This document shows, piece after piece, positions 9,768-20,127 of a DNA stretch of 64,000 nucleotides. Position 1 is the first letter of the stretch. Every line of letters begins with the position of its first letter. This DNA comes from an uncultured Bacteroidales bacterium (lineage in GTDB: Bacteria > Bacteroidota > Bacteroidia > Bacteroidales > CAZJKL01), in NCBI GenBank assembly GCA_964546655.1, contig CAZJKL010000007.1:4838-68837 (forward strand), written 5' to 3'. Below the pieces are notes generated by a model. The model was not told where the DNA came from, did no database searches, and worked only from the letters and a program-made list of their open reading frames with translations. The position numbers and the translations under genes were made by a program.

Positions 9768-10742
9768 CTATAGTTGCTCACTTAAAGCAATAACCTCGCT
9801 TGGGGAGATATTATCTATACAATTAAAATGCTTTTTCGGGCATTGGTTAAACCCAATTTTTGAACATGGTCTGCACTTTAAGTTTTTTACTTCAACTATC
9901 TTAAAATTCTCTTTTTTTGGCAAATATGGATACATTCCAAACTCCGGAATGGTATTTCCCCAAATTGAAATAATGTTTTTATTAAATGAAGAGGCAATAT
10001 GCATTAGCCCAGTATCGTGTGTAATAACTAATTTTGCATTTTTTATAATTGATGCTGATTGAATTAAATTATATTTTCCGCAGACATTAATAATATTTGA
10101 ATTAGTGTTTTTTACTATTGATTCTCCTTTTTCAAAATCTTCATTGCCTCCTAACAGCAAAACCGGATAATTTATTTTATTACAAATTGAAATAATTTTT
10201 TCGGAGGTAAGTTGTTTTGTATTAAATTTTGCTCCTATTACAAATGCAATAAATTCATTATTATCATTAATAAGTTTGTTTGTTTCAACTTCGTTTTTTT
10301 TATCAATAAAAAAATCTAATCCTTCAAAATCATTAACAATACCTATTTCTTTTAATGTGTCAAAATATCTGTCAACAATATGTTTTTTAGGTAAAAAGTT
10401 AATCCCTAATTTAACTATTAGCCATTTGTGAATATTTAATTTATTAAAAGAAAAAGCAGGCTTATTAAGAAAACTTTTTACAAGCATAGATCTTAAATTG
10501 TGATGCAAATCAATTATTAAATCAAAATCTAATTCTTTTAAATACTCTGCTACTTCGGTATATTCTTTTTCAAAAGTTATTAGTTCATCAATATAGGGGT
10601 TGTTTTCAAGAATTTCTGTGAAATTTTTCTTTGTTAAATAATATATTTTGGCTGAAGTTTGTTGTTTTAAACACCTTATTATTGGAGTTGTTAAAACTAT
10701 ATCTCCAATTGAGCTAAATCGTATTATTAATATTTTTTTCAA
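9768..10742 (-). CDS. Glycosyltransferase family 9 (heptosyltransferase-like)
   Basis: The N-terminus MKKILIIRFSSIGDIVLTTPIIRCLK and the C-terminal GxDTGLMHIA motif (THDTGLMHIASS) are typical of GT9. Confidence 0.8.
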   Translation of the reverse strand: MKKILIIRFSSIGDIVLTTPIIRCLKQQTSAKIYYLTKKNFTEILENNPYIDELITFEKEYTEVAEYLKELDFDLIIDLHHNLRSMLVKSFLNKPAFSFNKLNIHKWLIVKLGINFLPKKHIVDRYFDTLKEIGIVNDFEGLDFFIDKKNEVETNKLINDNNEFIAFVIGAKFNTKQLTSEKIISICNKINYPVLLLGGNEDFEKGESIVKNTNSNIINVCGKYNLIQSASIIKNAKLVITHDTGLMHIASSFNKNIISIWGNTIPEFGMYPYLPKKENFKIVEVKNLKCRPCSKIGFNQCPKKHFNCIDNISPSEVIALSEQL

Positions 10743-10755
10743 ATTATATTATAAA

Positions 10756-11352
10756 TTAAATTTTTAATAACTCGTCAAATAATTGTGATGTTGGTAATCC
10801 CATAACATTATAAAATGAACCTTCAATTTTTTCTATACCAACATAACCTATCCATTCCTGAATTCCATAACTGCCAGCTTTATCGTAAGGATTATAGTTT
10901 TCAATATAATAGTTTATCATTTCTTTGTTTAATTTTTTAAAATATACTTTAGTAACAGAAGAAAACGAAACAGTTTTGTTTTTTGTTCTTATACAAACAC
11001 CAGTAATAACTTTATGCTCTCCATTGCTTAAAGCATTTAATATATTTCTGGCATCTTCAGCGTTTTTGGGCTTATGCAAAATAGCATTGTCTTTTACAAC
11101 AATAGTGTCGGCACAAATAATTATTGTGTCTTCATTTATAATATTATTGTAATAATTGGCTTTTTCTGATGCAAAATACTCCGCTACTTTCTCAATTTCA
11201 ATATTATTGTTTTCTGGTAAAACTTCAGGAATATCATTGTGAACAGTTTCAAATTTTAACCCTAAATTTGTAAGAAGTTCCTGCCTTCTTGGCGATTTAG
11301 AAGCTAAAATAATTTTTCTGTTATTAATATTTTTTTCTAATATATTATTCAT
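10756..11352 (-). CDS. maf: Maf family nucleoside-triphosphate pyrophosphatase
   Basis: ILASKSPRRQELLTNLGL, ADTIV and GAYGIQ-like (GSYGIQEW) motifs. Length is 198 aa. Confidence 0.9.
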   Translation of the reverse strand: MNNILEKNINNRKIILASKSPRRQELLTNLGLKFETVHNDIPEVLPENNNIEIEKVAEYFASEKANYYNNIINEDTIIICADTIVVKDNAILHKPKNAEDARNILNALSNGEHKVITGVCIRTKNKTVSFSSVTKVYFKKLNKEMINYYIENYNPYDKAGSYGIQEWIGYVGIEKIEGSFYNVMGLPTSQLFDELLKI

Positions 11353-11429
11353 TGTTTTTTGGAATAAATCTCATGTGTCAAATTTATAAAATTTAATCAG
11401 ATAATTTTAAAAAGAATTTTAAAATATAT

Positions 11430-12311
11430 TTAAACCAAAATCATTGATAAAATACCAATAAGCATTATTGTTTTGGTTAAAAGGCTTGCTTTAGAAAAAT
11501 CGGCTTTTTTGTCAGCTCTAACAATTAAAATAATGAGAAATATTAATGGAATTTTTATTACGAAAATAATGTATAAAGGCAATAAGAGCGATTCGAAATT
11601 AAGATAATATAAAATAATTGAGGTTAAAATTAAAACTATAAATATTGTCCATATTATAAAAACTTTTGCTTTTTTTATCCCCGAAACTATAGGAAATGTT
11701 CGGCAACCACCTTTTAAATCTCCGTCTATATCTTCAATGTCTTTAATAACTTCTCTTATAAGTGTTAATAAAAAAGCAAAAATAGAATAAGTAAAAATAA
11801 CATAAAATTTAATTGTACTTGAAAAAGATAAAAAGTTCTTTTCGTTAGCATATTCAATAATAGCTGGCAAAAATACTGTAATAGCGATAAAAAAAGCTAT
11901 AATAAAATTTCCGATTAAATATTTTCTTTTAAACTGAGCTGAGTAAAAAAATAATAAAGCTGGAATAAAAATAAAAATTAAAGCAATTGAAAACATTTTA
12001 AAATATAAAGAAAGATAAAAACCTATCAATACCCCAATTACATTGAAAAGCAAATGCAGTAAAATCGCTTGTTTCCTAGTTATTTTATTTACCAATATCA
12101 TTTTTTGGGGTTTATTAATTCTGTCAATCCTTATGTCGAAATAATCATTAATAATGTAACCTGCCCCGGCAATTAATACTGTTGATAGTATTAATAAAAT
12201 AGTATTAAAATCTCCTATTGTTGAATCAAGCAAAAAATGCAGAGTTAATACTTGGGTAAGTATTATAATTAATAGGTTTTGAGGTCTAAGAAGTTTTAAA
12301 ACAGATATCAT
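11430..12311 (-). CDS. UbiA family prenyltransferase (integral membrane)
   Basis: Asp-rich motif NDYFDIRIDRINKP and a second DxxxD-type motif (KDIEDIDGD), with about 8-9 hydrophobic helices. Confidence 0.8.
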   Translation of the reverse strand: MISVLKLLRPQNLLIIILTQVLTLHFLLDSTIGDFNTILLILSTVLIAGAGYIINDYFDIRIDRINKPQKMILVNKITRKQAILLHLLFNVIGVLIGFYLSLYFKMFSIALIFIFIPALLFFYSAQFKRKYLIGNFIIAFFIAITVFLPAIIEYANEKNFLSFSSTIKFYVIFTYSIFAFLLTLIREVIKDIEDIDGDLKGGCRTFPIVSGIKKAKVFIIWTIFIVLILTSIILYYLNFESLLLPLYIIFVIKIPLIFLIILIVRADKKADFSKASLLTKTIMLIGILSMILV

Positions 12312-12358
12312 ATTATAAAAATATAAAAAATCTGTTTAAAAAAATAAATTTATGTCTT

Positions 12359-13060
12359 TTATTTAGAATGAAGACCACATTCTTTGTTTTCTGGGTTTTC
12401 CCACCACCATCTTCCGGCACGTATGTCTTCGCCTTTATTAACAGCTCTAGTGCAAGGAGCACAGCCAATGCTTAAAAAGCCTTTGTCGTGCAAAACATTA
12501 TATGGTATATCTTTGTTTTTTATATAATCCCAAACTTGCTTTTCGGTCCAATTAGCTAGTGGATTTATTTTAATAATATTATGAGTTTCATCCCATTCAA
12601 AAATATTTAATGTAGTTCTTGTAACCGATTGTTCCTTCCTAAGCCCTGTAATCCAAACTTCAACATCTTTTAATGCTCTTTTTAAAGGGTTTGTTTTTCT
12701 TATCTTGCAACACAGTTTTCTATCTTCAACACTTTCATAAAAAAAGTTCATCCCTTTTTCTTTTGTAATGGCTTCAATCTCATTGTAATCAGGGAAAATA
12801 ACATTAATCTTAATATTGTATTTATTGTTTGTTCTGTCAATTAATCTATATGTTTCATTAAACATTCGACCTGTGTCTAGCGTAAATATTTTAAGGTCTT
12901 TGTCTGTATTAACAATCATTTCTGTTAAAACTTGATCTTCTGCTCCTAAGCTTGAAGCAAAAGCTATTTTGTTTTTATACTTTTTTAAACAGAAGTTTAG
13001 AATTTCTTCCGGATTAGAAGATTTAAATTTATTATTTAAATCGTTTAGTTCGTTAGTCAT
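12359..13060 (-). CDS. cysH: Phosphoadenosine/adenosine phosphosulfate reductase (CysH), Fe-S (APS-reductase-like) subtype
   Basis: C-terminal KECGLHSK (ECGLH catalytic motif). The CC (RKLCCKIRK) and CxxC (GCAPCT) cysteine pairs characterise the 4Fe-4S-containing subgroup. Confidence 0.85.
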   Translation of the reverse strand: MTNELNDLNNKFKSSNPEEILNFCLKKYKNKIAFASSLGAEDQVLTEMIVNTDKDLKIFTLDTGRMFNETYRLIDRTNNKYNIKINVIFPDYNEIEAITKEKGMNFFYESVEDRKLCCKIRKTNPLKRALKDVEVWITGLRKEQSVTRTTLNIFEWDETHNIIKINPLANWTEKQVWDYIKNKDIPYNVLHDKGFLSIGCAPCTRAVNKGEDIRAGRWWWENPENKECGLHSK

Positions 13061-13110
13061 TATAAAAATATTTTAAGTAATAACAAATAAAATTAATCTT
13101 TGCCGCAAAT

Positions 13111-13809
13111 TTAATTATTAATAAGTAATTTATACCCTTTACCATGAACATTTACTATTTCAACATTAGGTTCATTTTTTAAATATTTCCTTAATTTTGT
13201 AATATAAACGTCCATACTTCTTGCATTAAATATACTGTCATCTTCCCAAATAGATTTTAATGCTTCGTTTCTGTCAAGAATTTTATTCGCATTCATACAT
13301 AACATTTTCAGCAAATCAGATTCTTTTGTGGTTAGCTTTCGTTCAATTTTGCTTCCAATTAAAAGTTGTTTTAATACATCAAATTTCATATTGCCAATTT
13401 GATATATTTCTCTCTCTTCAGAAGTATTAACCTGTGAAGAACTTCTTTTTAAAATAGCTTTTATTCTTAATAAAAGCTCTTCCATACTAAAAGGCTTTGT
13501 AACATAGTCATCGGCACCTAATTTAAAAGCATTTAAAACATCATCTTTTAATGTTTTTGCTGTTAAAAATATTATTGGAGTTGAAGTGTCTTTTTGTCTT
13601 ATTTCTTTTGCTAAAGTAAATCCATCTTTAATAGGCATCATAACATCTAAAATGCAAATATCAAATTTATCTTTGTCAAACGCTTCTATTCCTTCTTGTC
13701 CATTAATTTTAAGAACTACCTCAAACTCTTTTGCTTCAAGATATTCTTTTGTTAAAAACCCAAGATTATTGTCGTCTTCAACTAATAAAATTTTAATTTT
13801 CTTTTCCAT
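13111..13809 (-). CDS. OmpR-family response regulator (receiver plus winged-helix DNA-binding domain)
   Basis: KILLVEDD...ICILDVMMP receiver and a C-terminal winged helix (TKESDLLKML...VYITKLRKYL...GKGYKL). It overlaps the upstream kinase gene by 17 nt. Confidence 0.9.
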   Translation of the reverse strand: MEKKIKILLVEDDNNLGFLTKEYLEAKEFEVVLKINGQEGIEAFDKDKFDICILDVMMPIKDGFTLAKEIRQKDTSTPIIFLTAKTLKDDVLNAFKLGADDYVTKPFSMEELLLRIKAILKRSSSQVNTSEEREIYQIGNMKFDVLKQLLIGSKIERKLTTKESDLLKMLCMNANKILDRNEALKSIWEDDSIFNARSMDVYITKLRKYLKNEPNVEIVNVHGKGYKLLINN

Positions 13810-15445
13810 AATTATTTACTTTTAGTGGTAACTTAATAATAAATTCAGATCCTTTATTTAACTCACTTCTAACGAAAATATTTCCATTATGTTTTTCAAT
13901 AATATATTTTACATAACTTAATCCTAACCCAAATCCTTTAACATTATGGACATTGCCAGTAGAAACGCGATAAAATTTATCAAATATTTTTTTCTGTGCT
14001 TCTTTTGGTATTCCTATCCCTTTATCACTAATCGAAAAACAAAACAAATCTTGTTCGTTCCAGCTTTTAATGGTAATTTCAGGTGAACCAACGCTGTATT
14101 TTATCGCATTGTCAAGCAAATTATGAATTACATTTTTAATGTGTGTTTCATCTATTTCAATAAAATCATTATTAAAATCAGGTGTATAAATTAATGTTCC
14201 TGATAATTCTTGTATTTTTAAATTTATTTTTCTAATAATATCATTTATAATAATATCAATATTAATAAATTCAAAGTTAAATTTCACGTCTCCTCTGTCA
14301 AAAACTGCCATCTGCAAAACTTTGTCAACTTGTTGTTTAAGTCTGTTATTTTCGTCATTAATAATTGATGAATATTTTGTAATGGTACTTTCGTCTTTCT
14401 TAATGCTATTGTCCGAAAGCATTTGAGAGGCAAGAGAAATCGTTGATATAGGTGTCTTAAATTCGTGAGTCATATTATTAATAAAATCATTTCTTATTTC
14501 AGATAATTTCTTCTGTTTAATAATAGAATAAATTGTAATAGTAAAACCAAAGATTAATAATAAAGTTAGTAAAATTGAAATAAATGAAACTAAGCCAATA
14601 GATTCAAAAATTATATTATTTTCATCCGGAAAATACAATAATAAATAGTCCGAATCTTCATATAAATCGTCTTGAAACAAGTTTATCTTAAAAACAGTAT
14701 TTGTTTTGTCGCTTAAATTGTAATTATATGTTTTAAAATATAAGCTATTTTCGCCAGAAACAATAGCGTATTCAAATGAATGAGGGATATTGTTCTCAAT
14801 AAAAACTTTCGAAATAATAGTATCTAAATCGTTGTATTCTAATCGGGCATTTAAATCATTATTCGAATTAATAATTCTTTGTAAAATCATTTCCAGCGAA
14901 GAACTAATACTATCAAAATTATTTAATACAGATTCTGACAATAAATTCTTAACATTTAAAATTTGGTCCGTTTTCTTTAACTGAATTATATCTCCTTCTT
15001 TTGTAATTATTCTGTTAGATAAAGTTTTCTTTATAGTGTCATTATTAAAATTAACTCCTTTTGCATCAAGCAACTTTTTAAAGTTGTCTTTCAAATTCTT
15101 TTCACTAGTTTTATTTAATTTCTTCTGATAATTATTGTTTTTAAAAGAGATATTAGAACTGTTTTTGAATTTTATCATTTTACTTGAAACATAAAAAACC
15201 TCTTCGTCAACCTGAAGTTTTTTTATAGCTTTTTCTAATGCAGAGTTAACCTCATTGTTGAAATTTGATTTAGCAAGTTCTATAGAATTGTTAATTAAAT
15301 ATGCTTGAATAAGTATCAATCCAATAAGGACTATACTAAATAATACAACAAAAAATATAAACTTTTCTTTTTTCAAAAAAATATCTGGTTTTATAAATAA
15401 TTGCAAATATAACTTTTTTATAAAGGCTAATAAATTGTTTAACAA
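13793..15445 (-). CDS. Sensor histidine kinase (HisKA plus HATPase_c)
   Basis: H-box MTHEFKTPIS, N-box HNLLDNAIKYS, G-boxes SDKGIGIP and GFGLGLS, and two hydrophobic segments flanking a roughly 250-aa extracytoplasmic region. Confidence 0.9.
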   Translation of the reverse strand: MLNNLLAFIKKLYLQLFIKPDIFLKKEKFIFFVVLFSIVLIGLILIQAYLINNSIELAKSNFNNEVNSALEKAIKKLQVDEEVFYVSSKMIKFKNSSNISFKNNNYQKKLNKTSEKNLKDNFKKLLDAKGVNFNNDTIKKTLSNRIITKEGDIIQLKKTDQILNVKNLLSESVLNNFDSISSSLEMILQRIINSNNDLNARLEYNDLDTIISKVFIENNIPHSFEYAIVSGENSLYFKTYNYNLSDKTNTVFKINLFQDDLYEDSDYLLLYFPDENNIIFESIGLVSFISILLTLLLIFGFTITIYSIIKQKKLSEIRNDFINNMTHEFKTPISTISLASQMLSDNSIKKDESTITKYSSIINDENNRLKQQVDKVLQMAVFDRGDVKFNFEFINIDIIINDIIRKINLKIQELSGTLIYTPDFNNDFIEIDETHIKNVIHNLLDNAIKYSVGSPEITIKSWNEQDLFCFSISDKGIGIPKEAQKKIFDKFYRVSTGNVHNVKGFGLGLSYVKYIIEKHNGNIFVRSELNKGSEFIIKLPLKVNNYGKEN

Positions 15446-15628
15446 TCTTTAACAGAAGAATAAATATTAAGCTAAGGAATAAACTTTAAAATTGCTTTTT
15501 AAAATATTTTTAATAATTTTTTTGAAAGAATTATAAAAATGGTAATTAAAATTAAATCAATTTAAAATTTAACTAGTTTAATATTTAAATAAATTTTATA
15601 TTTGTTGGTTAATCTTAATATAAGAAAG

Positions 15629-16081
15629 ATGAGTTTTGCAAATCAAGAAAAGAAAATTTTAATAGTTGAAGATAATCCTATAGACATTGTGCTTTTGTCT
15701 GATGCTTTATCTGAAAGCAGCTATAATTTTAATGTTAAAATTTTCAATGATGGTGATCAGGCTATTAATTTCATAAAACAAAGTGAAGAGTTAAAGATTT
15801 TTACTCCTGAAATAATCATTCTTGATTTAAGAATGCCTAAAAAAGATGGGCATGAAGTTTTGAAAGAAATAAGAGCTAATGAACTACTTAAAAAAACATC
15901 TGTTATAATTTTTTCTTCGTCTCATTCTCAAGAAGATGTTGTTAAATCATTCAACGAAGAGGCAAACTGCTATTATTGTAAAACTTTTTTGCTTGATGAA
16001 TTTGTTAAGGATATTGAAAAATTATTGTCAGGTAATGGTAATGATGAGTTTGCAATAATTAACTTTCCTTCAAATGAATAA
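15629..16081 (+). CDS. Stand-alone response-regulator receiver (CheY-like)
   Basis: KILIVEDNPID...IIILDLRMPKKDG...IIFSSS with no output domain. The tracked ORF begins at a TTG (15602). The ATG at 15629 (MSFANQEKK) is the more likely start. Confidence 0.8.
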   Translation: MSFANQEKKILIVEDNPIDIVLLSDALSESSYNFNVKIFNDGDQAINFIKQSEELKIFTPEIIILDLRMPKKDGHEVLKEIRANELLKKTSVIIFSSSHSQEDVVKSFNEEANCYYCKTFLLDEFVKDIEKLLSGNGNDEFAIINFPSNE

Positions 16082-16244
16082 ATGTAAGAATACATTATTG
16101 TTTATATTAACAATATTGTTTTTTGTAAATTATGGATGTTATTCTGTTAAAAAAGGAAAGCCCAAAAGAAAAAAACCTAAATGCCATACATGTCCAACTT
16201 GGTCAAATATAAATAAAAACATAAATGGCTATTACAAAATCTAA
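16074..16244 (+). CDS. Small (56 aa) putative lipoprotein, below the ORF-track length cutoff
   Basis: ATGAATAA start/stop overlap with the receiver gene. Translation is MNKCKNTLLFILTILFFVNYGCYSVKKGKPKRKKPKCHTCPTWSNINKNINGYYKI. It has a signal peptide with a YGC lipobox, the same as in the 29797 lipoprotein, a basic mature part and a CxxC. Confidence 0.4.
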   Translation: MNKCKNTLLFILTILFFVNYGCYSVKKGKPKRKKPKCHTCPTWSNINKNINGYYKI

Positions 16245-16990
16245 ATAATATATTTAACTTGATTAAATTGATATTGCTCAGTTTTTCCATTTCCATTTTT
16301 AATAATTAGTTCACCACTTTTGTCAACCCCCTGAATTGTGCCTTTAAATTCCAACCCTTCTTTTAAAAAAGCAGATAAAATATTTCGCTTATATAATAAA
16401 TTTATATAATCATTATTTAAATTTAAAAAATCACCATCAATTAATTGATTATATCTTAAATTAATGCATTTTGCTAGAGTTTCTAAGCCATCTTCTATTG
16501 CTATGCTTTTATTAATTATGTTTTTTAAAGAAATTGGATTAGGCAAATCAGACGGAAAGTCAGTCTGATTAATATTTATACCTATCCCAACTATTGACTT
16601 ACTTATGGTGTCTCCCAATAATGTGTTTTCAATTAAGATTCCGCATATTTTTTTGTCATTTATATAAATATCATTTGGCCATTTTATTCTACAATCACTC
16701 ACATTATATCCTATTAAAAAATCAATAATACCCAAAGAAATAACCTGATTTAAAACAAAAAAATATTCAATATTTAAAAAATCAGGATATAAAACAATAC
16801 TACAAAGTATGTTTTTATTCTTTTCACTGTGCCAAACATTTTTATTTTGCCCTTTTCCCTTTGTTTGAAAATCTGCATAAAAAACAGACCCCTCTTTAAC
16901 GACAGTTTGGCATGAAATCTTATTGGCATAATTATTAGTTGATGCTACTTTTTGTAATTTAATAATGTTTGACCCAACAATATTTAACAT
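16241..16990 (-). CDS. birA: Biotin--[acetyl-CoA-carboxylase] ligase (group I, no HTH domain)
   Basis: Motif QTKGKGQNKNVWHS (GRGRxGRxW-type biotin-binding loop) and KWPNDIY. Length is 249 aa. Confidence 0.85.
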   Translation of the reverse strand: MLNIVGSNIIKLQKVASTNNYANKISCQTVVKEGSVFYADFQTKGKGQNKNVWHSEKNKNILCSIVLYPDFLNIEYFFVLNQVISLGIIDFLIGYNVSDCRIKWPNDIYINDKKICGILIENTLLGDTISKSIVGIGININQTDFPSDLPNPISLKNIINKSIAIEDGLETLAKCINLRYNQLIDGDFLNLNNDYINLLYKRNILSAFLKEGLEFKGTIQGVDKSGELIIKNGNGKTEQYQFNQVKYII

Positions 16991-17051
16991 AAATTAAAGT
17001 ATTAATTGTTACAATTTTTTAAAAGCTATATTATATCTAAATATAAAAGGT

Positions 17052-17059
17052 TAAATTTG
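17052..17059 (+). promoter_or_regulatory. -7 promoter box TAAATTTG
   Basis: TAnnTTTG match 20 nt upstream of the rsfS ATG. Confidence 0.45.
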
Positions 17060-17079
17060 CACTTCAAAAAAATAATAAT

Positions 17080-17433
17080 ATGGACAAAAATAGTTTAAAA
17101 ATAATAAATACAATAATAGAAAGTATTAAAGATAAGTTAGGCGAGAACATAGTTGATTTAAATTTTAAGACTATTAATAATTCAATATGCGATAATTTTA
17201 TTGTCTGTCACGGAAACTCTGATAAACATGTTCAGGCTATTACTGATAATATTATTGAAAATGTTAAAACAGAGTATAATAAAAAACCACATTCAATCGA
17301 AGGATTAAATAACTCAGAATGGGTATTAATTGATTATAATAATATTATAGTTCACGTATTTCAAAGTTCAATAAGAACAAAATATAATTTTGAACAACTT
17401 TGGGCAGATGCCAAAATTAAAACTATAAAATAA
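17080..17433 (+). CDS. rsfS: Ribosome silencing factor RsfS (iojap family)
   Basis: 117 aa with a DYNNIIVHVF (D..d.vVHiF) signature. The position immediately upstream of ftsH is conserved. Confidence 0.85.
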   Translation: MDKNSLKIINTIIESIKDKLGENIVDLNFKTINNSICDNFIVCHGNSDKHVQAITDNIIENVKTEYNKKPHSIEGLNNSEWVLIDYNNIIVHVFQSSIRTKYNFEQLWADAKIKTIK

Positions 17434-17449
17434 AACTAATAAGAGTAGT

Positions 17450-19441
17450 ATGCAAGAGGAAAAAGATAAAAATTATTTTAGCAATAATTCTTCAAATAAT
17501 AATGAAGAAAACAAAAATAAATTAAATAATGAAGGGAAAAAGCCTCAAATAAATTTCTATTGGATTTATGGTGCAATGGCTTTAGTATTCTTGGTGATGA
17601 TGTTTTTTAATTCCCCCAATAATATTGAACAAATATCAATGTTAAAATTAGAAAAAGAACTTTTACCAAATAATTATGTTGAAAAAATCATTATTGTAAA
17701 TAATGAAAAAGCCGAAGTCTATATTAAAAAAGATAAACTGAAAGATCCTAAATTTAAGAAACTTAAAGAAAAACAAGGAGCTTATTTTAATGAAGGACCT
17801 CATTATGTTATTATTGTTGGATCATTAGAAGCCTTTGAAAATAAAATTAATGATATTAATACAAAACAACTGAAAAATGAAAATAAAATTGAATTAATAA
17901 ATGATAGAAGATATGATTGGAATTCTTTAATAACCACATGGATTCTTCCTTTTGGTCTTTTGATTTTTTTGTGGATGTTTATAATGCGAAGAATGTCGGG
18001 TGGTGCAGGAGGACAAATTTTTAATATCGGGAAATCAAGAGCAACCTTGTTTGATAAAGGAACTAATGTTAAAATTAACTTTGATGATGTAGCCGGATTG
18101 CAAGAAGCAAAAACAGAAGTTAGAGAAATAGTTGATTTTTTGAAAAACCCTAAAAAATATACCGACTTAGGTGCAAAGATTCCTAAAGGAGCTTTATTGG
18201 TTGGCCCTCCAGGAACAGGTAAAACATTATTAGCAAAGGCTATGGCTGGTGAAGCTCAGGTTCCTTTCTTCTCAATGTCTGGTTCTGATTTTGTTGAAAT
18301 GTTTGTTGGTGTTGGTGCTTCAAGGGTTCGAGATTTATTTAAACAAGCTAAAGAAAAATCTCCTTGTATTATCTTTATAGATGAAATAGATGCAATTGGG
18401 CGTGCTAGAGGCAAGAATGCATTGCATGGATCAAACGATGAGAGAGAAAATACACTTAATCAGTTGTTAACTGAAATGGATGGGTTTTCAACTAATTCAG
18501 GCGTTATAATTTTAGCAGCAACAAACCGTGCTGATATTCTTGATAAAGCCTTAATGAGAGCAGGTCGTTTCGACAGACAAATACATGTTGAACTTCCAGA
18601 TTTAAATGAAAGAAAAGAAATTTTTAAAGTTCACATGAAACCTCTTAAAATAGATGAATCGGTTGACTTAGAATTTCTTTCAAAACAAACACCAGGTTTC
18701 TCAGGAGCTGATATAGCTAATGTTTGCAATGAAGCAGCTTTAATAGGTGCAAGAGTTAATAGAAAAGCTGTTGTTAAACAAGATTTTTTAGATGCTATTG
18801 ATAGAATTATTGGAGGGCTTGAAAAAAAGAATAAAATTATTTCAAAAAACGAGAAAAAAGTTATTGCTTATCACGAAGCAGGACATGCTACTATAAGTTG
18901 GTTAGTTAAATATGCATCACCATTAGTTAAAGTTACAATTATTCCAAGAGGAAAAGCTTTAGGTGCAGCCTGGTATCAGCCAGAAGAAAGACAGATTACA
19001 AATTCTGATCAAATTCTTGACGAAATGTGTGCTATTCTTGGTGGCAGAGCATCAGAAGAAATTAATTTTGGGAAAGTTTCAACAGGTGCTTTAAATGATT
19101 TGGAAAGAGCAACAAAATTAGCTTATTCTATGGTTACAATATATGGCCTTAATGACAAAATTGGGAATTTAAGCTTTTTTGATTCATCTGGAGAATCAGA
19201 TTATTCATTCAATAAACCGTATAGTGAGAAAACAGCTGAAATAATTGATGTTGAAGCTAAAAAAATAATTGATGATTCATATAACAGAGCAAAAATAATT
19301 TTAAAGGAAAATCAAGAAAAGCTTTTAGCCCTCTCAGAACTACTATTAGAGAAAGAAGTAATATTTAGAGAAGACCTTGTAAATGTTTTTGGAGAAAGAG
19401 AATTTGATGAGAATAATGAAATTATTGAAAAAAATAATTAA
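17450..19441 (+). CDS. ftsH: ATP-dependent zinc metalloprotease FtsH
   Basis: Walker [14 protein letters not shown], Walker [13 protein letters not shown] region, Zn site HEAGHA and two N-terminal TM helices. Confidence 0.97.
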   Translation: MQEEKDKNYFSNNSSNNNEENKNKLNNEGKKPQINFYWIYGAMALVFLVMMFFNSPNNIEQISMLKLEKELLPNNYVEKIIIVNNEKAEVYIKKDKLKDPKFKKLKEKQGAYFNEGPHYVIIVGSLEAFENKINDINTKQLKNENKIELINDRRYDWNSLITTWILPFGLLIFLWMFIMRRMSGGAGGQIFNIGKSRATLFDKGTNVKINFDDVAGLQEAKTEVREIVDFLKNPKKYTDLGAKIPKGALLVGPPGTGKTLLAKAMAGEAQVPFFSMSGSDFVEMFVGVGASRVRDLFKQAKEKSPCIIFIDEIDAIGRARGKNALHGSNDERENTLNQLLTEMDGFSTNSGVIILAATNRADILDKALMRAGRFDRQIHVELPDLNERKEIFKVHMKPLKIDESVDLEFLSKQTPGFSGADIANVCNEAALIGARVNRKAVVKQDFLDAIDRIIGGLEKKNKIISKNEKKVIAYHEAGHATISWLVKYASPLVKVTIIPRGKALGAAWYQPEERQITNSDQILDEMCAILGGRASEEINFGKVSTGALNDLERATKLAYSMVTIYGLNDKIGNLSFFDSSGESDYSFNKPYSEKTAEIIDVEAKKIIDDSYNRAKIILKENQEKLLALSELLLEKEVIFREDLVNVFGEREFDENNEIIEKNN

Positions 19442-19448
19442 CTTGCGT

Positions 19449-19456
19449 TAAATTTG
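19449..19456 (+). promoter_or_regulatory. -7 promoter box TAAATTTG
   Basis: TAnnTTTG match 17 nt upstream of the 19474 ATG. Confidence 0.4.
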
Positions 19457-19473
19457 CTTTTTAAATAAAGAAG

Positions 19474-20109
19474 ATGAAGGAAAGCACATCAAAAGAGAAA
19501 ATATTTAAAAACATCAGAAATGCTTTGGTTGATAAACTTGACGAAAGGCAATTTGATGTTGATTTTTCGAAATCAATTTATACCAAATCAGAAGATCCAC
19601 TCGAAATTCAATTTGCTAAAAATTTTACATCAGTTAATGGTAAGTTTATTTTTTGTGAAAGTATAAACGAATTCTCTGAAAATATAAAACTAATTTATAA
19701 TAAGCTAAAATGGGATAATGTTATTTGTTTAGAAGAAGAGATTGGGAAAATAATACCTTCTGAATTAAAATATAGTCCTAATATGCAAAATTTAAAAAAT
19801 ATTGATGTTGCCATAACAAGTTGTGAATTTTTAGTTTCAAGATTAGGCAGTGTTATGGTTTCTTCAGCACAACTAAAAAGCCGACAACTTTTTATATATG
19901 CACCAATACATATTGTTGTAGCGTATACATCTCAGCTAGTTTATGATATTTCTGATGCATTAGACGGAATCAAAAATAAATATCAAAAAAAACTACCTTC
20001 TCTAATTACAAATATTACTGGCCCAAGCAGAACTGCGGATATAGAAAAAACTCTTATTCTAGGTGCTCATGGACCTCGTGAAATTTATGTTTTTTTAATT
20101 GATAACTAA
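19474..20109 (+). CDS. LUD-domain protein (LutC/YkgG-like)
   Basis: The size (211 aa) and the C-terminal ITGPSRTADIEKTLILGAHGPRE pattern are typical of LutC/DUF162 family proteins. Confidence 0.6.
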   Translation: MKESTSKEKIFKNIRNALVDKLDERQFDVDFSKSIYTKSEDPLEIQFAKNFTSVNGKFIFCESINEFSENIKLIYNKLKWDNVICLEEEIGKIIPSELKYSPNMQNLKNIDVAITSCEFLVSRLGSVMVSSAQLKSRQLFIYAPIHIVVAYTSQLVYDISDALDGIKNKYQKKLPSLITNITGPSRTADIEKTLILGAHGPREIYVFLIDN

Positions 20110-20127
20110 TTTAAAACAAATATTATT

